Assembly (NCBI GenBank): GCA_964611205.1
Contig: CAZSZB010000001.1
Location: 123,144 to 187,143, forward strand
Direction: 5' to 3'
DNA: 64,000 bases
Source of the DNA: an uncultured Candidatus Saccharibacteria bacterium
Lineage (GTDB): Bacteria; Patescibacteriota; Minisyncoccia; Phycocordibacterales; UBA918
This document shows, piece by piece, positions 28,456 through 38,767 of this stretch. The translations under genes were made by a program, and so were the position numbers. The notes beneath the pieces were generated by a model. The model was not told where the DNA came from. It was given only the letters and a program-made list of their open reading frames with translations, and did not search any database. Position 1 is the first letter of the stretch, and each line of letters starts with the position of its first letter.

Positions 28456-29070
28456 TTAACCCCGATTTTTCCAAGCACTCTTTATCGTCTCTGGATCAGC
28501 GTATTCTAATTCTGATCCGGTAGATAAACCTCTACCTAATTGGGACACGGTTAATTTATTTTCCTCTACCTCTGTTTGTAATAATTTTTCTATATAACGA
28601 GTAGTGTTTTCACCGTCAGGATTGACCGCAAAGGCCAGTACAATCTCCTTCAATCCGCTTTTAACTCTATCTTGAACAATAGCTCGCAAAGCTCCACTAC
28701 GCAGCTTGTTGGCTTCTTTAGACTCAAGGAGGGGTACTTTACCACCAAGGACGAAATACAAACCGTTGTAAACACCGGATCTCTCTATAGGGATGATATC
28801 GCTGTCTCTTTCAACTACTAAAAGCTCGGTAGTATCTCTGTTAGGGTCAGAGCAAATATTACACTCGGTAGCTTTACCATTTTGTGAAAAAAAACGGTGA
28901 CAACTATGGCACTCAGTCACATTGTCTTGCAAGGAGGTGATTAATCTAGCTATTTCTGTTACGTCTGCTTTAGGTAAAGTAAGGATATGAAATGAAAATC
29001 TGCGAGCTTGACGTCCACCAACTCCAGGGAATTGTTCAAAATAGGTATTCAGTTTGTCCAGATTACTCAT
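28456..29070 (-). CDS. recR: Recombination mediator RecR
   Basis: FPGVG HhH, C4 zinc finger, Toprim (VVE...NPDGE), GSELEYAD. Confidence 0.94.
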   Translation of the reverse strand: MSNLDKLNTYFEQFPGVGGRQARRFSFHILTLPKADVTEIARLITSLQDNVTECHSCHRFFSQNGKATECNICSDPNRDTTELLVVERDSDIIPIERSGVYNGLYFVLGGKVPLLESKEANKLRSGALRAIVQDRVKSGLKEIVLAFAVNPDGENTTRYIEKLLQTEVEENKLTVSQLGRGLSTGSELEYADPETIKSAWKNRG

Positions 29071-29119
29071 AGGTTAATTAAATATATAAAGGCAACAAAA
29101 AATCTCAAATTAATTCGTT

Positions 29120-30520
29120 CTAGAAATCATCATCAGGAATAGCAGCGCCAGCGCTGTGTTGGTTGTCGAGATTTAAGAAACGTACATGTTGGCCGTCAAA
29201 GTATAATTCACAGCTACCAACAGGACCATTGCGATGTTTTTCTACCATTATTTCAGCGATGTTTGGCCGTTCTGATTCTTTATTGATTTTGTCTTCGCGA
29301 TGAATAAACATCACCACGTCAGCGTCTTGCTCAATAGATCCAGAGTCTCGCAAGTCGGATAGGCGAGGTTTGCCACCGCGCTGCTCAACCGCACGAGATA
29401 ACTGTGATAAAGCTAATACAGGTACTTCTAATTCGCGAGCCAACTGTTTAAGTGACCGAGAAATTTCGGTAACCTGCTGCACCATCGAATCGCTGGCTTT
29501 AGAAGCAGTAGGATGCATAAGTTGCAGGTAATCGACAATCAGTAAGTCCAGCCCGTGTTCGTTCTTTAGCCGTCTAGCAGAGGAACGCATCTTGAGAATG
29601 TTTGTACCTGGTTGATCATCAATATGAATAGAAGCTTCAGAGAGTTTTGCCATCGCTGTCTGGACAGCCTCAAATTCCTGATCGGTTCGTAATTTCCCAG
29701 TTCGTAATTTCCAAGAGTCCACCCCAGCTTCAGCCGCTAACATACGGTCAACCAACTGTTGGTCGCTCATCTCAAGAGAAAAGATACCGACTTTCGCACC
29801 GTGTTGTAAGGCTGCATTACGCGCTAGATCGAGGGCAAAGGTAGTTTTTCCCATTGAAGGTCGGGCAGCTAATATTATCAAGTCCGATTTTTGTAACCCG
29901 GCCAAGATATTATCGAGTGACCCAAAACCGGTAGGGACACCTCTTTTTTCATTCTGGTTAGCACTAAGATACTCGAAACGTTCCCAGGCTTCTGATAATG
30001 AAGAACCAATGGTTTTAAACTTTTGTGAGGTTGTAGAATTTGTGACTCCGTATACTTTTTTCTCAGCTTGATCTAATGTTTCATCTATATTTTCAGGGTC
30101 AGAAAATCCAAGCTCAGCTATATCGTCAGCAGCGTTGATTAGGCCGCGTAAAATAGCCCTAGACTGGACCACTTCTCCGTAGTAATTAGCATTACTGGCG
30201 GCTGGAACTTGTTCTACTAATTCCGTTATATAACTAGCTCCGCCAACTCTTTCTAATTGGTTATTGCTCTTGAGTTTATTGGTAATCGAAAGCATGTCTA
30301 TAGGATCACCTTTAGTGAAGACTTCCAAGATAGCGCGATAGATTTCACGATGTTTATCAGCATAAAAACTCTCAGGATAAACCATTGTAGAAATATCATG
30401 CATAACTTCTGGCTTGAGGATAATGGCTCCAATGAGAGCTTTTTCAGCCTCTATATTATGTGGCGGAGTACGCAAACTGCGGTTAGTTTTAGGAGGTTCA
30501 GATTTACCATAAGTGGCCAT
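29120..30520 (-). CDS. dnaB: Replicative DNA helicase DnaB
   Basis: PPHNIEAE, AARPSMGKT, IVDYLQLM, LSDLRDSGSIEQDAD, KHRNGP. Confidence 0.97.
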   Translation of the reverse strand: MATYGKSEPPKTNRSLRTPPHNIEAEKALIGAIILKPEVMHDISTMVYPESFYADKHREIYRAILEVFTKGDPIDMLSITNKLKSNNQLERVGGASYITELVEQVPAASNANYYGEVVQSRAILRGLINAADDIAELGFSDPENIDETLDQAEKKVYGVTNSTTSQKFKTIGSSLSEAWERFEYLSANQNEKRGVPTGFGSLDNILAGLQKSDLIILAARPSMGKTTFALDLARNAALQHGAKVGIFSLEMSDQQLVDRMLAAEAGVDSWKLRTGKLRTDQEFEAVQTAMAKLSEASIHIDDQPGTNILKMRSSARRLKNEHGLDLLIVDYLQLMHPTASKASDSMVQQVTEISRSLKQLARELEVPVLALSQLSRAVEQRGGKPRLSDLRDSGSIEQDADVVMFIHREDKINKESERPNIAEIMVEKHRNGPVGSCELYFDGQHVRFLNLDNQHSAGAAIPDDDF

Positions 30521-30619
30521 AGTGAGAACATTCTATCACGGATTTTAGATTGACGTTTTTCTGAAAACTGTGTGCAAAAAGGGGAAGAGCTGTGTATAAA
30601 AACAGAGCAAAGAATCTTT

Positions 30620-32068
30620 CTATTTTTTGGTTATTGTTGAGCCTGTAGCATTGTCTACCACATTGTAACCAAGTGCCTCGATTTGCTCCCGTAGCTTATC
30701 AGCTTCAGTCCAGTCAGCATTTGTTCGGCTTACTTCTCGTTTTGTTACTAGTTCTTGTACCTCAGATGGTAGTTCGTCTTCATCTAGATAACCTAATTTC
30801 TCGCTGCCTTCTTTATTGGATAAGGATAAACCTAAGCCTAAGACCGCATCACATTCTTGAATTGTTATTTTCTTCTCACCGTCGCTTACATCATCGTCTT
30901 TGACTAGTTGCCAGATTAGAGCGATGGATTTAGGGGTGTCTAAGTCATCATTAACAGCGGAAATGAATTGTTTGTAATATTGTTCATTGAGTTCTCCTTT
31001 AGCATCTGCCCAATCAATATAGATTAATCTTTGCAAGCGGTTGAGTGCTTGTTTGGCTCCATTTAAGGCCTCTAAGTTGACGTTCACTTGTGTACGGTAG
31101 TGTGAGGTTAAAAGCCAATAGCGGTAATCTTCGCCGGAGAATCCTTGTTTTTTTAAATCTGCTAAATAAATAGCGTTACCTTCTGATTTTGAAATCTTAG
31201 AATCGTTTATCTGTAGGTGTTCGTTATGCATCCAGTATTTAGCAAACCTTTTTCCTGTAGCAGCTTCACTTTGAGCAATCTCACCATTATGATGAGTCGA
31301 AATATGATCAACGCCGCCTGTATGAATATCTATTTGCTTACCTAAAGTAGCAAAAGCCATTGCCGAACACTCTATATGCCAACCAGGGAAGCCTGTACCC
31401 CATTTACTCTCCCAACCTAAATCACCCTTCTTCCAAACCGCGAAATCAGCCGGATGTTTTTTTTCAGGATTCTCTTCAACTCGGCAGCCGCTTTGTAGAG
31501 CATCAATGTTTATGTTGCCTAAGCGACCATAGGTAGGGAATTTGCTAACATCAAAATAGACGCCATCACTAGTTTCATAAGTGTAGCCTTTTTCAGCTAA
31601 TGTTTCGATCAACTTTATTTGTTCTTTTATGTAATCGCTGGCTCTGGAGTATTGAGTTGGCGGTAGGTTGTTAAGAGTTTCCATATCTTCTTTGAAAGCA
31701 GTAATATATCTATTTGCTAGAGTCAGCATATTTTCTAGTGTAATCGGTAAACCTTCGCGCCGTAATCCTTTCATCATTTTATCGTCTCCAGAATCTGCAT
31801 CAGAAGTGAGATGTCCAAAATCGGTTAAGTTAATAGTGTTGTTTACTGAGTAACCATTAATCAGAAGGACTCTTTTTAAAATATCTACGAACACATAGGC
31901 TCTGAGATTGCCAATATGGGCATAATCATAAACCGTAGGCCCACAGGAATACATTTTCACTTCTCTTTTCTGCATTGGCTCAAAAATTTCCAAAGAACGA
32001 GTTTCGGTATTATAGACTTTAAGGTCAGAAGCAGTTTGCCCGTTTGCGGATTTTAAAAATTTAAACAT
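30620..32068 (-). CDS. cysS: Cysteine--tRNA ligase
   Basis: CGPTVY, HIGN, PGWHIECSAM, KISKS. Confidence 0.96.
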   Translation of the reverse strand: MFKFLKSANGQTASDLKVYNTETRSLEIFEPMQKREVKMYSCGPTVYDYAHIGNLRAYVFVDILKRVLLINGYSVNNTINLTDFGHLTSDADSGDDKMMKGLRREGLPITLENMLTLANRYITAFKEDMETLNNLPPTQYSRASDYIKEQIKLIETLAEKGYTYETSDGVYFDVSKFPTYGRLGNINIDALQSGCRVEENPEKKHPADFAVWKKGDLGWESKWGTGFPGWHIECSAMAFATLGKQIDIHTGGVDHISTHHNGEIAQSEAATGKRFAKYWMHNEHLQINDSKISKSEGNAIYLADLKKQGFSGEDYRYWLLTSHYRTQVNVNLEALNGAKQALNRLQRLIYIDWADAKGELNEQYYKQFISAVNDDLDTPKSIALIWQLVKDDDVSDGEKKITIQECDAVLGLGLSLSNKEGSEKLGYLDEDELPSEVQELVTKREVSRTNADWTEADKLREQIEALGYNVVDNATGSTITKK

Positions 32069-32128
32069 ATTTATTATTTTAACAGATATTTAAGAGGAAT
32101 GATTTTGGTTTAAATATTTGCTAAAAAG

Positions 32129-33049
32129 TTAAAACCAACGTTTATATCTAAAGAAAACAAAGAAGGAAATAGAGACTATTATCATTATCCCAACGATCAT
32201 CCAGAAGTCATTTTGTCTACCAATAATAGGGGTGGTGGTGGTATTCATTCCGAACATAGAAGTAAAGAGAGTAAGAGGGAAGGTGATAAAAGCTAGAATT
32301 GTAAACATTTTCATAACCTCATTTTGTTTGGTGCTCAATAAAGCATTATTGGTATCGCGCAAATCTTCCACGGCGCTAATTAGAGAATAAGTTCTTCTGT
32401 TAACACTACGATAATGGTGCTCCATATTAAGTACATCATCAGTGTAATTCCCCGGGAAAGCGACCTTAATCAATTCATGCAAATGTTCCAGAGCCTTCTC
32501 ATGTGAACCGACCGCTTGTTTGAAGCCAATAAGTCGTCTAGTTAGATGAGAAATTTCAAAAACCATTTCACGTTCCTGGTTATTGAAAACTCCTTCTTCG
32601 ACGTCAGCTATTTTAGCTTCGATGTAATCGAGCTTTGTGTGCAAGGTGGTGTAAAGATGACTCAGTAGTGTGAAAAATAACCCGGTAGTTTTAATTTGTC
32701 GCTTATCGGAAACTTGATTATTGAGCATACACATAACCTCGAACTCTTTCCCAAAATAATGTATAGCTTCAATATCTTCAAAACGGAACGTTATCAGATA
32801 TTTATTAGTAACTATGAATTTTATTTCATGAGGATGACTGATGTCTGTTCTTTTAACGATAGGGAAGTCGAGAGTAATTTTCAGGGTTCCTTTTCTAGCT
32901 AGAGCTTCAGTACGAGGATTGGTAGTAGTGAGATCATTAGCTAATTCTAAAGGAATTTTACACTCAGAAACTATGTCTCGGATTTCCTCTACAGTAGGGT
33001 TTGAAACATCTAACCAGGTAAGATTGTTGTGTTTGTAACGATTTATCAT
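32129..33049 (-). CDS. corA: CorA family Mg2+/Co2+ transporter
   Basis: Two C-terminal TMs with FGMN signature. Confidence 0.88.
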   Translation of the reverse strand: MINRYKHNNLTWLDVSNPTVEEIRDIVSECKIPLELANDLTTTNPRTEALARKGTLKITLDFPIVKRTDISHPHEIKFIVTNKYLITFRFEDIEAIHYFGKEFEVMCMLNNQVSDKRQIKTTGLFFTLLSHLYTTLHTKLDYIEAKIADVEEGVFNNQEREMVFEISHLTRRLIGFKQAVGSHEKALEHLHELIKVAFPGNYTDDVLNMEHHYRSVNRRTYSLISAVEDLRDTNNALLSTKQNEVMKMFTILAFITFPLTLFTSMFGMNTTTTPIIGRQNDFWMIVGIMIIVSISFFVFFRYKRWF

Positions 33050-33149
33050 AGTAAAGAACTAGGTAATGCAAATATTATTACTGTTATTTTATCATGCATT
33101 AACAGGTTACATTTTGAGTTGTGCAGGGTATTATGTAATAATTTAGAGC

Positions 33150-34487
33150 ATGATTAAAAAAGAACCAGGTGAGCAAAATAACGAGATAAAATTGATTGAG
33201 GGAAACCACCCCGGACGCCTTATGCTGGGTAGTGGTTTAGCAGTCCTCTTAGCGATAGCAGCCTTTTTCTCAGGTTTACAAATTGGTTCTTTTGCTGACC
33301 AAGAAGATTTGCAAACAGCCAGCTTGTTCTCTTTGTTCTATTCTCCAAAAGTGGTAACTGAAGAAGCTGATCTAAAAGAGTTTTGGAAAGTTTGGAACTT
33401 GTTAGATGAAAAATTTGCGATGTCATCTTCTTCAGAAGCTATTACTACTGAAGAAAAAATTAACGGAGCTATTAAAGGATTAGTTCGTACTTACGGCGAT
33501 CCTTACACTGTATATTTACCAGCTGATGATGCAGCAATGTTTGAAGATGACATTTCCGGTAATTTCAGCGGGGTAGGAATGGAGGTTGGAATGAGAGAAG
33601 GACTGATTACAGTTATTTCTCCATTACAAAACACTCCAGCAGATAAGGCTGGCGTAAAGTCAGGTGATAAAATAGTCAAAATTGACGGTCAATCAACTGA
33701 GAATATGTCCATCGATCAGGCTGTTCGCTTAATCAGAGGAGAAGCTAATACGACAGTAACACTTACACTATACCGAAAAAGTGAACCTGATTTTATAGAA
33801 ATTCCAGTAGTTAGAGCTAATATCAATATCCCAACTGTCGATACTGAAATCAAGGATGATGTCTTCATTATTTCTTTATACAGTTTTAACGCAGTAGCGG
33901 AAGAAAAAATGCAAGAGGCTATGCAAGAGTATATTGATAGTGGTCTAACAAAACTAGTGTTGGACTTGCGTGGTAATCCTGGTGGTTTCCTCCAAAGCGC
34001 CGTATCAATAGCTTCATATTTCTTGCCAGCTGGAAAAGTCGTAGTTCAGGAAGGTTTTGGTGATGGTAGCGAAGATAAGCTGTACCGTAGCAGTAGTCGT
34101 AGTTTAGGTAAAAATATTCCAAAAGAAATGGTAATTCTTATCGATGGTGGTTCAGCTTCTGCCTCTGAGATTTTAGCCGGAGCGTTAAGAGAGCATGGAG
34201 TGGCTACCTTGATGGGTGATACAACCTTCGGTAAGGGTTCAGTTCAAGAATTAATTGCTTTACCAAGCAAGGCATCTTTGAAGGTTACAATTGCTCGCTG
34301 GTTCACGCCTGAAGGTAAGTCAATTTCAGAAGGAGGCTTAAACCCAGATATCTTTGTTAAGCAAGAAGAGAAAGATACTAACGCTAATATAGACTCACAA
34401 CTGGAAGCTGCTATCGAGTGGTTGCGAGGGAATAAAAATGTTGGAGCCACCACAAAAACTTCGTTACTAACTGATTTTGCAAACTAA
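33150..34487 (+). CDS. Carboxy-terminal processing protease (S41, CtpA/Prc-like)
   Basis: PDZ domain, DLRGNPGG, SASASEI, TFGKGSVQ. Confidence 0.92.
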   Translation: MIKKEPGEQNNEIKLIEGNHPGRLMLGSGLAVLLAIAAFFSGLQIGSFADQEDLQTASLFSLFYSPKVVTEEADLKEFWKVWNLLDEKFAMSSSSEAITTEEKINGAIKGLVRTYGDPYTVYLPADDAAMFEDDISGNFSGVGMEVGMREGLITVISPLQNTPADKAGVKSGDKIVKIDGQSTENMSIDQAVRLIRGEANTTVTLTLYRKSEPDFIEIPVVRANINIPTVDTEIKDDVFIISLYSFNAVAEEKMQEAMQEYIDSGLTKLVLDLRGNPGGFLQSAVSIASYFLPAGKVVVQEGFGDGSEDKLYRSSSRSLGKNIPKEMVILIDGGSASASEILAGALREHGVATLMGDTTFGKGSVQELIALPSKASLKVTIARWFTPEGKSISEGGLNPDIFVKQEEKDTNANIDSQLEAAIEWLRGNKNVGATTKTSLLTDFAN

Positions 34488-34598
34488 AGATTTTTGCTAT
34501 ATTTACTTAAATCAGAGGTTTTCTTTGGTTGGTATATTGTAGATACTATGTGCTATAGTAGCGTTCATAAATAAATTAACAATTTAATCATTAACAGA

Positions 34599-35042
34599 AT
34601 GAAAGTAATTCTTTTACAGGATGTAGCCAAAATTGGGCGACGACATGATGTTGTTACCGTAGCCGATGGTTACGGTCTTAATAAGTTAATTCCACAAGGT
34701 TTAGCAGAAATGGCTACGCCAGCTAATTTAAGAAAAGTTGCTACAAAATCAGCTCAAAATATGGCCTTACGAGAAGCTGCTGATAGCAATTTTTTAGAAA
34801 TTGTCGGTACTTTAGAGGGTAAGGTAATTGATGTTAAAGTTGAAGCCAACGAAGATGGGAAGTTATACCAGGCCTTGAAACTAGAAAATATCATTAAAAG
34901 TGTAGAGGAAGCAGAAGGAGTTAGTCTACTTCCAGAAATGGTAGTCTTAAAAAACCCAGTAAAACAACTCGGGGAGCATAGTATTCATTTAGTGTCTGGA
35001 GATAAAGAAAGTATTTTAATTATCAACGTAATTAAAATATAA
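34599..35042 (+). CDS. rplI: 50S ribosomal protein L9
   Basis: MKVILLQDVAKIG...VADGYGLNKLIPQG. Confidence 0.94.
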   Translation: MKVILLQDVAKIGRRHDVVTVADGYGLNKLIPQGLAEMATPANLRKVATKSAQNMALREAADSNFLEIVGTLEGKVIDVKVEANEDGKLYQALKLENIIKSVEEAEGVSLLPEMVVLKNPVKQLGEHSIHLVSGDKESILIINVIKI

Positions 35043-35050
35043 TTATTTAT

Positions 35051-35764
35051 ATGCCTAATTTCAATATACCGAAATCAATAATAGGTGTCCTAGTCTTCAG
35101 TGCTGTTCTGATCGGGCTACTAACTTGGTTTGCTGAACATGGTATAAATAGAGAACCTGATTTATTGCTTAATAAAAATGGTGAGATTGAAGAATTAGGC
35201 GGTCCACTTACTGCCGAAGAACGAAAGGTTAAACAAGTTGCGATAATAAATAATATGAATCCAATAGCAGTACTAAATACTAATAAAGGGATTATCAAGT
35301 TAGAGCTTTTCGGTGAAGATATGCCGATTACCGTTAGTAACTTCGTTACTTTAGCGGAAGAAGGTTTTTACGACCAAACCAAATTCCACCGAGTTATTGA
35401 TGGCTTTATGATTCAAGGAGGTGATCCTAATTCTAAAAGTAATGATGCGACCAACTACGGAACCGGGGGGCCTGGTTATACTATTGAGGATGAGTTCACA
35501 GAGGGAGAATTATTGACCAATGTCCGAGGAACTATCGCTATGGCTAATACAGGACAGCCTAATTCTGGAGGGAGTCAGTTTTTTATAAACTTGGTAGACA
35601 ACACACCTTTAGATTTTGACAAGGAACCATTTTCATCAAAACATCCCGTATTTGGACGAGTAATTGAAGGGATGGATATCGTCGATGCTATTGCTAAATC
35701 TGAAGTAGGTCAGCGTGATGTGCCTGTTGATCCAATAGTTATTGAATCAGTAGTAATTGAGTAG
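35051..35764 (+). CDS. Membrane-anchored cyclophilin-type peptidyl-prolyl isomerase
   Basis: FHRVIDGFMIQGGD, AMANTG, GSQFFIN, VFGRV; N-terminal TM. Confidence 0.93.
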   Translation: MPNFNIPKSIIGVLVFSAVLIGLLTWFAEHGINREPDLLLNKNGEIEELGGPLTAEERKVKQVAIINNMNPIAVLNTNKGIIKLELFGEDMPITVSNFVTLAEEGFYDQTKFHRVIDGFMIQGGDPNSKSNDATNYGTGGPGYTIEDEFTEGELLTNVRGTIAMANTGQPNSGGSQFFINLVDNTPLDFDKEPFSSKHPVFGRVIEGMDIVDAIAKSEVGQRDVPVDPIVIESVVIE

Positions 35765-35788
35765 ATATAACTAATAGTAATTGCATAA

Positions 35789-35827
35789 ACGAAAAAGCCG
35801 GTGAGCTTCGCTCACCGGCCTTTTCGT
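35789..35827. terminator. Bidirectional terminator between the cyclophilin gene and rpmA
   Basis: ACGAAAAAGCCGGTGAGC-TTC-GCTCACCGGCCTTTTCGT. Confidence 0.85.
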
Positions 35828-35839
35828 CTTATTTTTACT

Positions 35840-36118
35840 TTAAGCAGTAAGTACCTCGACCGCTTTCTTGGTTACAGTTTGACCATCGAATCGAGTTTTA
35901 CGGATATTTTTGAAAGAAACTTTACCGTCTGTCATTGCAAATAGAGTATGATCTCTACCGACTTTAACATTCTTACCGGCTTCTATTTTAGTACCGCGCT
36001 GACGAACAATAACCTGACCAGTCTTGATAGCCTGTCCGTTATTGATTTTTACACCTAGGAATTTAGGTTGTGAATCGCGTAGGTTTTTTGAGCTACCGCC
36101 CGCTTTTTTTGTTGCCAT
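35840..36118 (-). CDS. rpmA: 50S ribosomal protein L27
   Basis: [32 protein letters not shown]. Confidence 0.97.
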   Translation of the reverse strand: MATKKAGGSSKNLRDSQPKFLGVKINNGQAIKTGQVIVRQRGTKIEAGKNVKVGRDHTLFAMTDGKVSFKNIRKTRFDGQTVTKKAVEVLTA

Positions 36119-36188
36119 ACGTTATAATTTAATTAGCTGGCATAATATACTAGATATTGTCAACTTTATCAACCCTCGTAAGATAACA

Positions 36189-36593
36189 ATGATTCGTAGT
36201 TTCAGAGATAAATTGAATAAGAATTTTCCTATTTTTATTAAAGAAATTATACGTGAGGATGCTACTTATTACGTCACGGTTATCATGCTTGTAGCAGTGG
36301 CTTCTTTTGGTTTGGGGCGAGTTTCTGCTACCGCAGACAACTTTCAGGCTCAAACAGCTACTATTACGCATCTACAGACCCCTGTCTCAGAGAAGCAAAA
36401 ACAAAAACCCCTTATAAATGATTCAAGCTTGCAATACGTAGCTTCAAAAAATGGGTCTAAATATTATCTGCCTTGGTGCTCTGGTGTTAATCGCATCAAG
36501 GACGAAAACAAAGTTTATTTTGAAAGTGAAGATTTAGCTTTGGCCGCTGGGTATACTCCGGCTGCAAACTGCGACTCTCTTAAAGGAAGATAA
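36189..36593 (+). CDS. Membrane-anchored protein with Ada metal-binding-like C-terminal domain
   Basis: TM then YVASKNGSKYYLPWC...AAGYTPAANC; start ATG 36189 avoids overlap with rpmA. Confidence 0.75.
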   Translation: MIRSFRDKLNKNFPIFIKEIIREDATYYVTVIMLVAVASFGLGRVSATADNFQAQTATITHLQTPVSEKQKQKPLINDSSLQYVASKNGSKYYLPWCSGVNRIKDENKVYFESEDLALAAGYTPAANCDSLKGR

Positions 36594-36599
36594 TAAAAC

Positions 36600-37262
36600 T
36601 TACCAAATAATTGGCTTTTGGTTATGTTCCTTTAAATAATTATTGGTTTTAGAGAAATGTTGACAGCCAAAAAAACCATTATAAGCAGACAGAGGGGAAG
36701 GGTGGGCGGCTTCTAAAACCAGGTGCTTCTGACGATCTATATTTTTCCCCTTAGCTTTTGCGTAGTTACCCCAAAGAAGAAAAACTATATGTTCTTTCTC
36801 TTCGGAAATTTTCTGGATAACAGCGTCAGTAAAGATTTCCCAGCCAATTTTTTGATGAGAACCAGCTTGACCTATACTTACCGTCAAAGTAGCGTTTAGA
36901 AGCAGGACACCTTGGCCGGCCCATTTTTCTAGGTTGCCATTATCAGGAATACTGATTCCTATATCGGACGCTATTTCTTTGTAAATATTCTTTAAAGAGG
37001 GAGGAATAGGTATGTCCTCAGGAACTGAAAAGGATAATCCGTGCGCCTGGCCAAGCCCATGATAAGGGTCTTGGCCTATTATGACCACCTTAACCTGAGA
37101 AAATGAACAGTGATTAAAAGCGTTGAAGACGAGCTCAGGCATGGGTGCGACGGATCCTTTTTTGTATAACTGGTCTAGTCTTTCATTAAGTTGGGAAAAA
37201 TACTCTTTTGCAAATTCCTCAGATAATATGTCTTTCCATTTAGAGTCAATTCGTAAATCCAT
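36600..37262 (-). CDS. ung: Uracil-DNA glycosylase (family 1)
   Basis: GQDPYH, PPSLKNI, LLLN, HPSPLS. Confidence 0.97.
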   Translation of the reverse strand: MDLRIDSKWKDILSEEFAKEYFSQLNERLDQLYKKGSVAPMPELVFNAFNHCSFSQVKVVIIGQDPYHGLGQAHGLSFSVPEDIPIPPSLKNIYKEIASDIGISIPDNGNLEKWAGQGVLLLNATLTVSIGQAGSHQKIGWEIFTDAVIQKISEEKEHIVFLLWGNYAKAKGKNIDRQKHLVLEAAHPSPLSAYNGFFGCQHFSKTNNYLKEHNQKPIIW

Positions 37263-37285
37263 ATTATGTTAGTATATAGGAAATT

Positions 37286-37972
37286 ATGATTATCATCGAC
37301 GTCGAAGCTTCTGGAACAGAGTACGAAAAGCATTCCATTGTTTCAATTGGAGCTTTCGATTTTGATAATCCTGATAATCGGTTTTATCAGGAATGTTACA
37401 TTTGGGAGATCGCTGACACACAAGATGGGTCAACTATTTCGTCAGAAGTAGTGTGTGAGCAGTGTGGAGCTAAGTGTCCAAAACATATACAGCCTCAGTC
37501 ACAGGCAAAAATCATGGATGGGGCTCTAGAGGTGAATGGTTTTACAAAAGAAGAGATTACAGATAAAAACAAGCTCAGTGAAGCTGAGCTTGTTGCAGAG
37601 TTCTTACTCTGGTCGGAGAGTGTTGAAGATAAAACCCTGTGCGGACAGAACCCGTCTTTTGACCGAGATTTTATCAAAGCAGCTTGTGCTCGAGCTCGCA
37701 TCAATTGGCCGTTAGCTTATCGTACCGTAGATACACACAGCTTGTGTTGGATGCATATGGTAAAAAGGGGTTATCAAATACCGATTGATAAAGAACAAAA
37801 GAGGTCTATGTTAAACCTAAACGCTTTATTAAATTATTGCGGTATTCCTAGGGAGCCAGATCCGCATAATGCCCTTACCGGCGCTCTTTGTCACGGTGAG
37901 GTGGCAGCCAGACTTTTGTATGATAAAAATCTTTTACCGGAATTTGCTGAGTTTAAAATTCCTTGGCTTTAA
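37286..37972 (+). CDS. DEDDh 3'-5' exonuclease with Cys-rich insertion
   Basis: IDVEASG (ExoI), QNPSFD (ExoII), HNALTGA (ExoIII, with Gly where Asp is usual). Confidence 0.8.
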   Translation: MIIIDVEASGTEYEKHSIVSIGAFDFDNPDNRFYQECYIWEIADTQDGSTISSEVVCEQCGAKCPKHIQPQSQAKIMDGALEVNGFTKEEITDKNKLSEAELVAEFLLWSESVEDKTLCGQNPSFDRDFIKAACARARINWPLAYRTVDTHSLCWMHMVKRGYQIPIDKEQKRSMLNLNALLNYCGIPREPDPHNALTGALCHGEVAARLLYDKNLLPEFAEFKIPWL

Positions 37973-38034
37973 TTTAAAGTTGTGTTCACACTACTATAAT
38001 TATACGTTTTGGATGCATGCTAAAATGGTCACAT

Positions 38035-38748
38035 ATGCCTCTAATAAAACGTAAAAAGAAAGAAGAAAAGAAAGTAGAAAATTGTCGAGTTATCACAGAT
38101 TTACTTGATGCAAACGGAGATGCCATAGAATCATGGCGCGTTTTCAGAATAATGTCTGAGTTCGTTCAAGGATTTGAGTTATTACGAAAATACAGTCTGG
38201 CTGTCTCAGTTTTTGGTAGTGCTCGATTTACTCCTTCTGATCCTTGGTATAAAGAAGCAGAGAAATTGACAGCCAAGTTAGCAAAGAAAGGCTTTACGGT
38301 TATAACTGGTGGGGGACCTGGAATTATGGAGGCGGCTAATGTGGGAGGTTTTAAGATGGGAGGTAAGTCAGTTGGATTAAATATAGATTTACCGGCTGAA
38401 CAAAAATTCAATCCCTATGTTACAGAATCAGAACATTTTGATTTTTTCTTTTCTCGCAAGGTCATGTTGAGCTATGCTTCTGAAGTTTACGTTTATTTTC
38501 CTGGCGGATTTGGCACACTAGATGAGTTTTTTGAACTAATTACTCTGATCCAGACGGAGAAAATAGAAAAAATCCCAATCGTTTGTGTAGGGAAAGATTT
38601 TTGGAATCCATTGATGAATTTTATGGAGAAAGAAATGTTGGCAAAATACAAGACAATAAGCAAAGAAGATTTAGATATCATCCACTTAGTCGAAGATGCA
38701 GATGAGGCTTACAAATATATTATTAAAGAGTTAAAAAATAAGTGCTAG
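38035..38748 (+). CDS. LOG family protein (TIGR00730-like Rossmann fold)
   Basis: FGSAR, TGGGPGIMEAAN, PGGFGTLDE. Confidence 0.92.
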   Translation: MPLIKRKKKEEKKVENCRVITDLLDANGDAIESWRVFRIMSEFVQGFELLRKYSLAVSVFGSARFTPSDPWYKEAEKLTAKLAKKGFTVITGGGPGIMEAANVGGFKMGGKSVGLNIDLPAEQKFNPYVTESEHFDFFFSRKVMLSYASEVYVYFPGGFGTLDEFFELITLIQTEKIEKIPIVCVGKDFWNPLMNFMEKEMLAKYKTISKEDLDIIHLVEDADEAYKYIIKELKNKC

Positions 38749-38767
38749 AGTTAGATGAACATACGAT

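Noticed and set aside
36024-36188. N-terminal extension of the Ada-domain ORF overlapping rpmA
   Set aside because: Antisense overlap with rpmA; ATG 36189 gives a sensible TM-anchored protein
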